Part shown: positions 11,627 through 24,271 of the stretch, one piece after another
How the letters are laid out: each line of letters starts with the position of its first letter
Position numbering within the stretch: the first letter of the stretch is position 1
Source: an uncultured Phycisphaerales bacterium
GTDB lineage: Bacteria; Planctomycetota; Phycisphaerae; Tepidisphaerales; Tepidisphaeraceae
Length of the DNA: 64,000 nt
NCBI GenBank assembly: GCA_963755915.1
Contig: CAVWLP010000002.1
Coordinates: 4,192,001 to 4,256,000, forward strand
Direction of reading: 5' to 3'
Program-made: the position numbers and the translations under genes
The notes under the pieces: generated by a model
What the model was told of the DNA's origin: nothing
What the model saw: the letters and a program-made list of their open reading frames with translations, nothing else
Database searches by the model: none

Positions 11627-14600
11627 TTAAACCTGCGCTTCCACGGGGTTACTGATCTTGGCCAGATATTTATTCCGCGGCTTTGTCGCCAGCGCCTCAT
11701 CGAGCAGGCCGTACGACCGCGAATCCGCGTGCAATTTCGACACCTTCGATTTCTTGTCCGCCAGATCGCCAAAGACGATCGCCTGCGTCGGGCAGGCCTG
11801 CTGGCAGGCGGTCAGGATGTCGCCGTCGTTAAGCTTTTCATGGCGCGCGCCCTTGGCGATGGTCGTCGTGTGAATCCGCTGGATGCAGAAGGTGCATTTC
11901 TCCATCACGCCGCGCATCCGCACCGTCACCTCCGGATTAAACATCATCCGCTCGACTTTGGGAATCTGATCCATGTCCTGCTGGTCCGGGATATTCAGGT
12001 AAGGCTTCGGATATTTGTCATGCCGCGGGTCCTGGCAGTGCCAGTCGAGATAATTAAACCGCCGCACTTTGTACGGGCAGTTGTTGCTGCAATACCGCGT
12101 CCCCACGCAGCGGTTGTAAACCATCACGTTCAGCCCCTCGGTGTCGTGCGTCGTCGCCCCCACCGGGCAAACCTGCTCGCACGGCGCGTTCTCGCACTGC
12201 TGGCACGCCACCGGCTGGAAGACCACTTCCGGATTCGGATCGTCGGCGTCTCCCTTGAAATACCGGTCGATCCGGATCCAGTGCATCTGCCGATTCTTCT
12301 GCACGTTGTCCTTGCCGACGATGGGAATATTATTCTCCGCCTGGCAAGCCACCACGCACGCCTGGCACCCGATGCACTTCGACAAATCGATCGACATCCC
12401 CCACTTGTGCGGCCCAATGAATTCCTCCGGCGGCGGCACATACAGCGACAGCGAAACCGAGCCGTCCTCATTCTCCTTGAACAGGTCCGGATTGCTCTGG
12501 AGTTCGCTCGCGGTCGCTTCGCGGATGATTTCAGCGGTCTGATACTTTTTCTCTCCGACTTCCTTCTGTCGCATATCGATGCCGATGGTGTCGAAGAGAT
12601 GGTGGTCCTGCGTCGTCGCCAGGTCGTAATAATTCCCCGACGCCTTCACATCCCCAGGCGCGAAATACATCGCGCCGCTCGTCCGCAGGACGTAGGTATT
12701 CACCCCCACGTTCGATCCGATGTGTTCCCCCATCGTGCGCCCATATCCCAGCGGCAGCCCAATCACCCCCACCGGCTGCCCGGGCTGCACGAAGCAGACG
12801 ATTTCGATCGACTTCCCCCCCACCGTGACCGTCACCATGTCATTGATCGCCACCCCCAGCGCCGTCGCGTCCTTCGGCGAGATCAGCGCTGCGTTGTCCC
12901 AGACGATCTTCGAAAACGGATCGGGAATCTCCTGCAGCCACCCGCTCGTCGCGAATCGCCCGTCGTAAAGCTTCCAATCCTGCTGGAACCGGATCGTATA
13001 TCCCGACTCCGCCGGCGTCTCCTTAAACTGCGGCGGGTTCGCCTGAACAGTTATTTCCCCAAAGCGCGTTCCCGTCGATCATTCCGTTGTTCAGCGCCAA
13101 CTGCCAGGCGATATCATCGAAATTCGTGAAGGTCTTTTTCACGATATCATCGCTGGCAATCTCGCTTTCCCCCGCGATCAGCGCCAAAAGCTGCTCCGCC
13201 GTCACCCCGTTATAAAGCGGTTCAATCAGCGGCTGGCAGATGCTCGCCGTCCCATCCCACGTCCGCGCATCGCTCCACGCCTCAAGGAAATGCGCCCGAT
13301 TAATATGCCACGACGCCGCGTGTGACGTTTCATTGTCGTAAAGGCTCAGATGAACCGACGTCGCCGCCCCTTTCATCGCCGTGCCAAAATCCAAATCCGC
13401 CGGCGCATCATAAACAGGATTCCCGCCGATGATGATCAGCGTCTTAACCTGATTTGCCTTCAACTTATTCGTCAGATCGGTAATCGCCTCAAGATGGCTG
13501 GGCCGATCCCCGTCCGGCTCATCGTGCAGCGTCACCGTCGATCCCACCGCCCCAATCTTCGCATTAATCGCATACCCGAGCGACTGAAGATCGGGCGAAA
13601 CCTGCGGCCCCACCGCAACCACGCTCTTCCCCGGATTGGCGTTGATGTCCGCCATCAGGTTCTTGAGCATCGCCAGCTCCCCCGCGGTCAAAACGCTCGA
13701 TTTATCCGCCCCGCCCGCTCCCAGTTGCGACGCCAGAGTTGCCAGAAACGCCGCCACATGCGACGGCGTTGCCCCCAGCCGGCAATCCGCGACGCCCCCC
13801 GAAATCGTCATCGCGCTTTCAATCGCGTAAACCCGATTCCACTGATGCTCTTTGTTGGGCCGATTCGACGCCCATTCCCCCGCATATTTCACGTGGGATG
13901 GATGCGTTCCCAGCGGATCGGCATCGATCAGCGCCACCACCATTGCCTTGTCCAGGTGGAGCACCTGCCGAACCGCTTTTCCAAACGCGGCCTTCGACGC
14001 CGCGATTTCATTATCCCGGCTCAGCGCTTCGTATTCATAAATCGCCGCGCTGTTGAACCGCTTTAATATTGCCGCTTTCAGCCTTGCCGCCGTCTGGCTC
14101 GAAGTCGATTCACTGAGAATCGCCAGCCCATCCCCGGTTATCGTCGACCCAACCATCGCCGCAAACGTCGCCCAATCGCTGGCCACATCGCTCCCGTGCG
14201 ACCGGTCGATCACTCCCTGGCTCCGCTCCGGATCGTACATTTCCAATATCGCCGCCTGCGCCAGCGCATCCGCCGACCCCGCCCGACCCTTCACCGTCTG
14301 CGAAGCCGGGTGCGTCGGATTCCCCTCGATCTTGATCGGCCTGCCGTCAAAGCTCGTCACCAGCAACGGGCTTCCCACGCCGCCGAGTTCCATGATCGTC
14401 GCATATTGAACCGGCACCCCCGGATCGCGATTCGCCGGCCGGCTCGTGTACGGCGCAATCTTCTCCTCCGGCCACCGCCGGCAGCTCGTCAGCGTCAGCC
14501 CCGCCAGCGCCATCGACGCGCTCGCCAGCTTCATGAACCGCCGACGCGTCACCCCGGACATATTCAGCATCTCATTCGGGTCATACGCCGCGAATTCCTT

Positions 14601-14684
14601 CTCCGCCGCATCGCGCACCGCCGGCTCATCCGCCAGATGCGCCAGACTTCGCCAGTATTCACGTTGCGCCGAATGATGCTTCAT
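11627..14684 (-). CDS. actB: Alternative complex III subunit B (molybdopterin-oxidoreductase-like plus Fe-S domain; frameshift near 13030-13070)
   Basis: YWRSL, Tat motif TRRRFMKL and lipobox LTSC, DGRPIKIEGNP; C-terminal CIGCQACVVAC, CQQCENAPCEQVC, CVGTRYCSNNC and RGVMEKCTFC. Confidence 0.93.
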
Positions 14685-14689
14685 ATCTC

Positions 14690-15380
14690 TCACCGATGAC
14701 ACGTTGAACAACTCTGCATGTACGCCTTGTCGTGAATGTGATACGTCTCCATGCACTCTTCCGCGAGCGTCGCCGCCTCCGCCGGATCCGCCGGCGGCGT
14801 CCAGTTCATATCCGTCACAGAAACACCCTTCGGCCTCAAATGCGACCCCGGATCGCGATGGCAATCCAAACACCACCCCATGCTCAGGGGCTTGGCCTGA
14901 TAAACCCGCTCCATCTGGTCGATCCTGCCGTGACACTCAATGCACCCCACGCCATGCGTCACGTGCGCCTGGTGGCTGAAGTAAACGTATTCCGGCAGAT
15001 CATGCACCTTAATCCATTCCACCGGCTTCCCCGTCGCCCAGCTCTGCCGAATCGGCTCCAGCGCCGTCGCTCTGCGTCCGGATATTCGTATGGCAGTTCA
15101 TGCACGTTTCCGTCGGCGGAATAGCCGCGAAATTGGCCCGCTCCACTGTGTTGTGGCAATACCGGCAATCTATCCCAAGTTTCCCCGCATGAAGCGCGTG
15201 ACTATATGGAACCGGCTGCACCGGCGAATACCCCACCGCCGTCGTCTTCGGCGACGCGCCCAGCCCCACCACCGTCGGAACGTAGAAAACCCCGCCCAGA
15301 ACTCCCATCACAATAGCAGGCAGCAAATAGTTCGCCCATTTGGGGAACACAAACGGCTGCTCATACCATTCCTGCGTCAT
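14690..15380 (-). CDS. actA: Alternative complex III pentaheme cytochrome c subunit A (frameshift near 15060)
   Basis: N-terminal TM helix, QPVPYSHALH and five CxxCH motifs (CRYCH, CMNCH, CIECH, CLDCH, CSTCH). Confidence 0.92.
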
Positions 15381-15495
15381 CGTAATTGTTCTGCTGTTCC
15401 AGCGCCCCTGGAAACATCACCAAGTAGCGCCATCGTCCATGACCAAGGCGAGCAGATATTACTTACGACTTGCTCGAACGCGATGCCGAGAGGGT

Positions 15496-15510
15496 GCGGC
15501 ATTTGGTCGC
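15496..15510. promoter_or_regulatory. RegA/PrrA/RegR binding box upstream of actA
   Basis: GCGGC-ATTTG-GTCGC is an exact match to GCGGC-N5-GTCGC, 116 bp upstream of the actA start, with regBA adjacent. Confidence 0.7.
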
Positions 15511-15624
15511 ATAGTTGGAACTCTCTCAGAGATGTTTTCGAAATGCAAGAGACGCGCGCCCACTTTCATTGCAAAAATTAAATCCCGAAAATCAAAAACA
15601 TTTGTGCGCTCAGCGCTTTCCCGT

Positions 15625-15647
15625 GTAGCCGGCCGGCTTGCCGGCCG
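15625..15647 (+). repeat. GTAG-type REP-like palindrome (related copies at 24888-24910 and 27424-27446)
   Basis: GTAGCCGGCCGGCTTGCCGGCCG here; GTAGCCGGCGAGCTTGCTCGCCG at the other two intergenic sites. Confidence 0.65.
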
Positions 15648-15680
15648 CGCGCTTTGCAAGCAGGCGCCGCATCGCGCCCC

Positions 15681-16216
15681 TCACTCCTCCGGCGGATACT
15701 TCTGCAACTTCCTCTGCAGCGACCGCCGGTGAATCCCCAGCACCCGCGCCGCCTTCGAAATGTTCCCCCCGCAATCGGTCAATATTCTCTGAATGTGCTC
15801 CCACTCCACCCGCGCCAGCGACGGTGCGCTGGATGATTCCATCGCCCCGCCATTGATCGCCGTCTTCTCCCCCTTCTTGCCAAACGCCGCCAGGATCTGA
15901 TCCGCATCCGCCGGCTTGGTGAGATAATCCCGCGCCCGCGCCGCGTCGCTTCCAGCGCCGTCGCGATGCTCCCATATCCCGTCAGTACCACGATCGCCAT
16001 CTCCGAATTGATCCCCAGCAGATCGCTCACCAGTTCCAGCCCCGATCCCCCCGGCATGCGAAGATCCAGCACCGCCCGCATCGGCTTCTGCTTCGCCGCC
16101 AGCTCCTTCGCCTCCTGCGGCGAACCCGCCCCGCACGCCTGCATCCCCCGCGCCTCCAGCGCACTGACCAGTCGCGACCGAAACGTCACATCGTCATCCA
16201 CAACCATGATGCTCAT
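15681..16216 (-). CDS. regA: RegA/PrrA/ActR family redox response regulator (frameshift near 15940)
   Basis: REC domain (VVDDD, LDLRMP, LTGYGSIATA) and signature SLARVEWEHIQRIL...NISKAARVLGIHRRSLQRKLQK. Confidence 0.92.
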
Positions 16217-17515
16217 CGGCTCTCTCCATTCACGCTCGCCACAGCCGCCGTCGGAAGCTCCAGCGTCGCACGCGTCCCTCTTCCCGGCTCCGACTCCAGC
16301 CGCAGCGATCCGCCCAACTTTTCCGCCACCAGTCTAACCAAAAACAATCCCATGCCCATCCCCTTGCCCGGCGGCTTGGTCGTGAAAAACGGCTCCCCCG
16401 CCCGCCTCACCACTTCCGCGCTCATTCCCGCACCCTGGTCGCTCACCTCAAAAATAATCTGCCCGTTCCAGGCCGAAATCCACAGCCGCACCCATTTCCC
16501 CTTTGGCGAAGCTTCCAGCGCATTATCCACCAAAATCCCCACCGCCTGCTCCACCGCGCTCAGCGGCAGCGATATCTCCGGCAGATTCGCCGAGTGCTGA
16601 ATTTCCAAACTCTCCCCCCCACCGCTTTCATCTCCTCCGATAATTTCTCGACGAACTCTTTCGCCCCCATCGGCGCGCTCTTCGGTGAATCCCCATGCAA
16701 AACATCCACCCGCATCCGGCTCAGAATCACCTGGCATCGGTCGATCTCCCGCCGAATCAGCCGCGCGTCCTCCGCCATCGACTCCCCATTCCCGCGCTTT
16801 TCCGATTGCAGCTCCAGCTCCCGCGCCACCACCGCGATCGTGCTTAGCGGCGTATTCAGCTCATGCGCCGCCCCCGCCGCAAGAGTTGTCAGCGACGCCA
16901 GACGCTCGTTCCGCGCCCCCCTTCGCGCTCCGCCTCCAGCGCCTTCTCATGCCGCCGCAATGACTGCGTCATCCGCCCGACGAAGTATGCGATCACAATC
17001 GCCACCAGCGCCAGCGCTATCCACTGAATCGCTTCCTGCGACCCCCGCCCCAGCACCAGCTTCTCATTCCGTGGCCAGAAAAACAGCAGCCCGTAACAAC
17101 CCGTCGTCGCCCCCACCAGCACCCACTGCCACCCCTCCTGAAGCGTCACCACTGCCATCGCGACGTGCACCAGGTACAAAATGCAAAACGGATTCGCCGC
17201 CCCGCCCGCGCAAAGCAGCAGCGCCGTCAGCAGGCAGACGTCGAGCATCAGCACCGCCGGCACGATCCACCCCGCCACGCGCCGCCGCGGCCAAGCCTGA
17301 AGGATTAGATTGCTGAACCCCGTAACCGCAATGATCGTCCCCATCCCCCGCAGCGGCAGCGGCAACTCAAGAATCCCCACCGCCGCCAGCGTCGCCACAA
17401 TCTGCCCCGCCAGCGCCAGCCACCTCAGCCGCACCAGCCACTGAAGCACAATGGCCGGCTCCTCCACCACTGGAGAAGACAGCCCAAGCCGACGACCCGC
17501 TCCTGCCAGGTCCAT
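16213..17515 (-). CDS. regB: RegB/PrrB/ActS family sensor histidine kinase (frameshifts near 16920 and 16610)
   Basis: WLVRLRWLALAGQ, GGAANPF, H-box LAAGAAHELNTPLSTI, DQGAGM, EPFFTTK, GMGMGLFL. Confidence 0.9.
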
Positions 17516-17646
17516 CCCGCTATCGTCGCGTTTCTATTCCCGACGGCAAGGGGCGCCCGTACCGCGCGCTTCTCCCCGTGCAGCCGCCCCGCTTGACTTC
17601 GGCGAGCTCAGTCGAGCCGTGGGGCGCGTCTTCCGATCCGAGAAAC

Positions 17647-18207
17647 CTACCGCGGCTCCTTATAAACCGACGCATCCTCCGATTCCCCAATCGACCCCAC
17701 CATCGCGTGCCCCGTCGGCCACTGCGTCACATAAAACATAAACGCCACCAGCGCCGGCAACAGGCTCGGCAGCAGCGAATTCGTCACGAAGCACCCCAGC
17801 AAACTGATGATGCCCCCAAACTCCAGCGCCACCCACATCGCCAGCATCCCGTAAAGATATTTCGTCGGCTCAATCGGATGCCCCGAATAGTACGGCTTGA
17901 AAACCCGGCTCCGCCAAAAGAAAGCCACCGGCACAACGACGATAAGATATCCCGAAGCACCCAGGAACCAATTCGGCGTCGACGTGAGCGTCCGAACCGA
18001 CTCATGAAACGCCGTCGCCCACACCGCGCCCAAAAAAAGGAAAAACGGGATCACCAGAAAAACAACCCAGGTAAGCCAAGCCAATCGAAGCGCCGTTCGC
18101 ACGGTAATCTGTCCACCCCTCAAACTCACCGAGCCCATCCCAGTGCCCAGCTCATTCGGGATCGGCCCATTCGGGAGCGCGCCATCCTGGATCGCAACAT
18201 TGGCCAT
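17647..18207 (-). CDS. Hypothetical membrane protein (about 4 TM helices)
   Basis: 186-aa ORF with an AAGGAG RBS upstream and hydrophobic helices. Confidence 0.7.
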   Translation of the reverse strand: MANVAIQDGALPNGPIPNELGTGMGSVSLRGGQITVRTALRLAWLTWVVFLVIPFFLFLGAVWATAFHESVRTLTSTPNWFLGASGYLIVVVPVAFFWRSRVFKPYYSGHPIEPTKYLYGMLAMWVALEFGGIISLLGCFVTNSLLPSLLPALVAFMFYVTQWPTGHAMVGSIGESEDASVYKEPR

Positions 18208-18357
18208 ATCGTTTCTCCTTATGTTATTTGGCCTATTGGTTCGTCTGTAATTCTAGCCGCCTCCTTGAATAAACGCAGTAGAAATAATGCTGAATTTCGA
18301 GGCCTTTTTTAATTTCCTCGTGACAAATATCACAATCCCATTCAATCGTGTCACCAT

Positions 18358-19733
18358 TCAATTCGGTGGAATCAGCGGATTCATCGGCTGCGTCAGCACC
18401 GCGCCCGGCAATCCCGTCTTGCTATACAACGGCGGCATTGCCACGCGCCGCGGGATGATCCCCGTATACGATGCCGTCGCCGCTTCAACGTGCGTCCGCC
18501 ACACCCACGTTATCGGACAATCGCTTCCGTCCCTCCGCGTATATCCCCCAATAAACAGCGTATCCAGTGATTCATTCATCGAAGTAACCGCCGGCCCCTC
18601 CCGATACGCCGCCGGCTCCGCCGGAAGATTCACGTTCACCCTCCGCCTCCCCTGCATGTCATCGACCACGGGGCTCAGCCATATATCAACCGCCAGCTTC
18701 ACCAGCGCCAGATTATTGAAGTGCCTCGGATCGATCACGCTGAAATTCGCCTCGTCCACGTCCTGCCGCAGATACTCCGCTTGAAACTCCACGGCTTGCT
18801 TGCCGTGATAATCCACCAGCACTGGAAACAGCACCGCGTTCCAATCGAACGCCGATTTATACATCGTAAACTCCAGCACCTGCCCGATCTGCCGCAGCGC
18901 CGCATCCGCCATGGCCCCCGTATCATCCTGCGGCGTCGGCGTCAGCTCCACCGTCACAATCTCCCGTGCCGAGTCCAGCCGCACCGCCTGAACCGCACAC
19001 CCATCCCCATCCGCGCACCGCAAAACCGCCTTCCTGATTTCCCCGCAAAGCTGATCCTCGACCCGCTGCTGATCCGCAGAAGTCCCCGCGACGATTCTCT
19101 GCTTCTCCGCCACGGCCGAATCGCTTGCCATCCAATCGTTCTCGACCTGCGTCAATTTTGCCGCCGCAGCAATCCACTCCTTTGAAGCCGAATCCAAATC
19201 CGTCTGGTCCTGGTTGATGTCCAGCCCCGCCCGGTCATCCTCATGCAGCTTCTGGACGGCGACATCCTTCTGCTGACGCTTTGCGTCCGCATCCGCCTTT
19301 GCCTGCAAATAATCCGCAGACCCGTGCAGCCGTTCGACGCTCTGCTTCCTCGCCGCCTCCAGGTCAACTTGCGCCGCCGCATTCGCCTCCCGCGCAATCC
19401 GCAGTTCTTCCTCCAGCTTCTTACACTCCGGCATCGCCGGCGGCGCATGCGGCAGCGTCGCCACCGAAAGCTCCGACTGCGCCGCCGCCGGCGGCGGCGT
19501 CGCCATCACCGGTCTAACCGGCGCCACCGGCGCCGCTGGAGGCGCCACGGGCATTGGGGGCGGAGCCGGCGCCTGCACAACCACCGGCGCGGCGCAGCCA
19601 CCGGCTTCTTCGACGCAAAATAAAATTGCGCGACGATCACCGCCGCGGCCAGAAAGGAAACCAGAATCAGAAATTCCCAAAACCCGGCGCCCCTGCGCCG
19701 AGAAAATCTTCTTCTGGTTGTAAACGCCTCCAT
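18358..19733 (-). CDS. Hypothetical membrane-anchored Pro-rich/coiled-coil protein (frameshift near 19590)
   Basis: Likely start MEAFTTRRRFSRRRGAGFWEFLILVSFLAAAVIVAQFYF (19733) joins the long frame, which has a Pro/Ala linker, a coiled coil and C-terminal GGYTRRDG. Confidence 0.65.
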
Positions 19734-19834
19734 GCTCTTTGGCGTCTGGATCATTGGGGTATGCAGTCAACTGTAGCCTTTGCCGCAGTTTCGTACAAAT
19801 GCTTAATGATTTCCCAACATTCGGCAATCGCCGT

Positions 19835-19931
19835 TCGGCATTTCCTAAGACCGCATATTCCCCGCCGCCTCCATCAGCACGTACACCGCATAAAGCGCAA
19901 TTAAAGCAATCCCCTCCGGCCGTCCCACCCG
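19835..19931 (-). repeat. Imperfect 97-bp copy of the 3' end of the 20672-21731 gene (other copy 20662-20758)
   Basis: About 87/97 identical by manual alignment; the copies encode GRPEGIALIALYAVYVLMEAAGNMRS* and GRPEGLTLIAIYAVYVLMEAAGNMRS*. Confidence 0.9.
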
Positions 19932-20345
19932 ATCTCCGCGCCCCCACTCCCCCACCGACCTCCCTATCAAAGCTGTGGGGTGCTTGCACCCACAGAAAAT
20001 CCCCCCGCGCAACTCGCCCCCATCCCGAAAGCCCCAGCATGGCCATGCTGAGGCCTCCCGCACATTAACCTCGCCACTTAAAACCCCACGGGAGCCTTTC
20101 CCCCCATCCCGTCCACCCCGCCCCGTGCACGTTCCTTCCCGGCCGCAATAGCTCGCGATGCTTCGCCCGCTGTCGCATTGCTGCCGAACGATCGACTGCC
20201 AGCCGAAACACCGCCGCTATTGGGATTCGCTCACCTCGCCCAGTTCCCGTTATTGAGGGCTGGAAAACGCATTAATTGACCGGAAACCCACCAGAACCGA
20301 TCTCTCTATTCTTGGACTGCACGCGCTTGTATTCCCCCCTCACCA

Positions 20346-20570
20346 TCAAATACCAGGGAAAAATAGCAACCACAAGCAAAAACAACCAGCCGCCCAACCA
20401 GACGGGGTTTGAGGTCCAAGGGGCGAAATTTTTCTTCGTTGTTCCTTAGAAATGCCGGTCATCACGTTGGGTACATCTGAAGAAACCCAGACAATTGAAA
20501 CAACAAAAATCACCAGAACAGCGGTACCCATCAAATAATAAACGATTGATTCTAAAGCTTTATCATTCAT
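20346..20570 (-). CDS. Small AT-rich 2-TM hypothetical protein (may extend by frameshift to about 20270)
   Basis: 74-aa ORF with two hydrophobic helices and visibly lower GC than its neighbours. Confidence 0.55.
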   Translation of the reverse strand: MNDKALESIVYYLMGTAVLVIFVVSIVWVSSDVPNVMTGISKEQRRKISPLGPQTPSGWAAGCFCLWLLFFPGI

Positions 20571-20671
20571 TACGGTTTCCCACTATTCGGCATTTGGCAA
20601 TCGGACTTCGGTGAGCTCCCTTCGGGTCTGAGCCTCAGGGTCGAAGACAGTCGAACCGCAATCGGCATTTC

Positions 20672-21731
20672 TCAAGACCGCATATTCCCCGCCGCCTCCA
20701 TCAGCACATACACCGCATAAATCGCAATTAAAGTAAGTCCCTCCGGCCTCCCCATCCGCCACCTCCCCAGCGCCGCCGGAAAAAGCGGAAACGCCAGCAG
20801 AACCAGGATCACATTATCCACCCGCCAGGTAACCCACGAAAACGGCAGCGCCTCCGCCCTTCCCAGAACATGAATCGCATTCCCAAGCCCCATGTTCGGC
20901 GCACTTTGCAGCGGATACCAAAGCAAAATAACAATCGGCAGCAGCACGCAAAGATTCAGCAGCACCACATTCACCCCCGACGTAATCGCCGCCCACCCCC
21001 GGTCGCTCTGCGCAAGTTGCACCCGCTCAAAAGCATCGGCAGCACCAGCAGCGGACCCAGAACCGCCACCACCGTCGCCACGTCCGAAACCGCCGGAATC
21101 CCCTGGCTGATCCGCTCCGCCCCCAGAATCCCCGCAATCCCCCCCACGATGGAAAGCAAAATGCACACCGCCACCACCGCCCACCGCAGCGCCGCCGGCT
21201 GACGCTTCTCACTCGCCGGCACGTCCACATCCGTCGGAATAATCGTCTGCCTCGAACCCAGCTCCTGCCACGCAAAAAAAAGCGCACCCCCCTCGATAAA
21301 AAACATCAGCGCCTGCCGCCAAGAAAGGCTCCCCGCAAATCCAGCGAGCAGCGTGAGCAATCCCGCCGGCAGCACAAAGGGCCAAAACCGCCGATACTCC
21401 CCCGGCGCATCGAAGCTCGGCTTCACGATGCAGATCGATCCCACCAGCAACGACAAACACCCCACGCTGCTCGTAAAAATAATCGAAAGCGCCAAATCCC
21501 CGCGCCGAAAATAACCGCCACCACCGCCGTCGCCGCGATCGGAATCCAATGCCCCACCGCCCTCTGCCCCGGCGCTGATTCCCCTCCCGCCAGCGCCGCC
21601 ACCGCCGCCCGCGACGCCGTATAAAGAAGAATCGCGCCGAAGATCAGCAGAATCCGCCCCGAAAACAAAAACTCCATCAAGCCCGCCATCAGCCCGGAAG
21701 TCTGCGGGAGCGGCGCGGAAATGTAAAGCAC
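20672..21731 (-). CDS. Degenerate Na+/Ca2+ exchanger (CaCA)-like membrane protein (frameshifted)
   Basis: Stitched from three ORFs; two repeat halves (GDLALSIIFTSSVGCLSLLVG and AAITSGVNVVLLNLCVLLPI) and C-terminal GRPEGLTLIAIYAVYV typical of YrbG-like proteins. Confidence 0.55.
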
Positions 21732-21734
21732 GAC

Positions 21735-23146
<1,412 letters not shown>

Positions 23147-23176
23147 TCAAATATGCCCTGATTTGCGAATGATGCT

Positions 23177-24260
23177 CTATTGAAACCGCGAAATTTCATC
23201 TTCCGTCCGCTGATGCTTCGCCGTCGCCTTCCGCAGCGCCCGACGCTCCGCCCATTTCAGCGATTGCATTCCGCCCGTCGAAACCTTCGCCAGGATCGCG
23301 TCGATCCGGTCCCGCGCCGCCTTCTCCGCCTGCGCGATCTTCCGCGCCCGCCGGATCACCCGCCGGCTCAACCGCCGCCGCCGCCGCGGCTTCTCATCGC
23401 TCAGCAAGCTCCCGCTGAAATCAAACGACTCGCTCCAATCCTCCGGCCCGCTCTCGTGCAAAACCATCCGCCGCTGATACGCCTGGAAGCAGCAGCACAT
23501 CATCGCCGCCGCCACCAGCCACAACTGGCACGCCAGCGCGATCAGCCCCAGCATGATCGCCCCCACCAGCCCAACATTCGCCTCCACCAGCGTCGAGCGG
23601 AAATTCCCGATCATCGGCCACAGCACCGCCTGCATCATCCGCCCCCCGTCCAGCGGATAGATCGGCAACAGGTTCAGCAGAAACAACCGCCAGTTCGCGA
23701 AGAAAATCCACCAGCAATACATCGCCGGGTCCGACCACTTCCACCCCACCTCCGGAATATTCATATGCAGCGGATCCATCGAAACCGCCACCCGCGCCGC
23801 CCCCACCGCGTGCGGCCCAACCACCGGCGAAAAGAAATAAACCCCCGCCGCCGCCCCCACGCACAGCGCCAAACTAAGCAGCGGCCCGATCGCCGCCGTC
23901 AAAAAAGTCGGCCCCGGTCGATTCGGCGGCTCCGCCGGCACCAACCCCCCCACCGGCCAAAGCAGCGCCTCATCCCCGCATCCTCCCAGCCTCCGCGCCA
24001 CCAGGCAGTGCGCAAACTCGTGCACGAACACCATCCCCGTCCAAATCCCCACGCACATGCACCGCGCACGAAAACGGAAACGCTTTGTCCCCCCAGATCG
24101 GCAGCAGAATCCACACCACAAAAACGATCAGCGACGAATGCGCGCGGAACTCAACGCCAAAAATGTTGAACAGCCGCACCGATCCGCTCAGCAACCAGGA
24201 GAGTGGATTAGCCGATGCACCCCGGCGATCGCGAAAATGAGGTCGGTCTTCCCATGCCAT
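23177..24260 (-). CDS. Site-2 protease (M50) family protein with charged C-terminal tail (frameshift near 24100)
   Basis: HEFAH zinc motif, NLLPIYPLDGG and C-terminal IDAILAKVSTGGMQSL; start MAWEDRPHFRD. Confidence 0.87.
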
Positions 24261-24271
24261 ACGTGCTTCCT

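Noticed and set aside
9623-13129. Long plus-strand ORFs (602 aa and 466 aa) and similar Arg/Pro-rich ORFs elsewhere
   Set aside because: Antisense shadows of actC/actB and other genes, expected at high GC; no motifs recognised.
19734-20063. N-terminal extension of the 562-aa ORF and the 72-aa ORF 19845-20063
   Set aside because: Products of a frameshift and of the duplicated gene end; the plausible start is at 19733.
19835-20758. Diversity-generating retroelement TR/VR pair
   Set aside because: Mismatches are not confined to adenines of one copy, they are mostly synonymous or conservative, and no reverse transcriptase is present.
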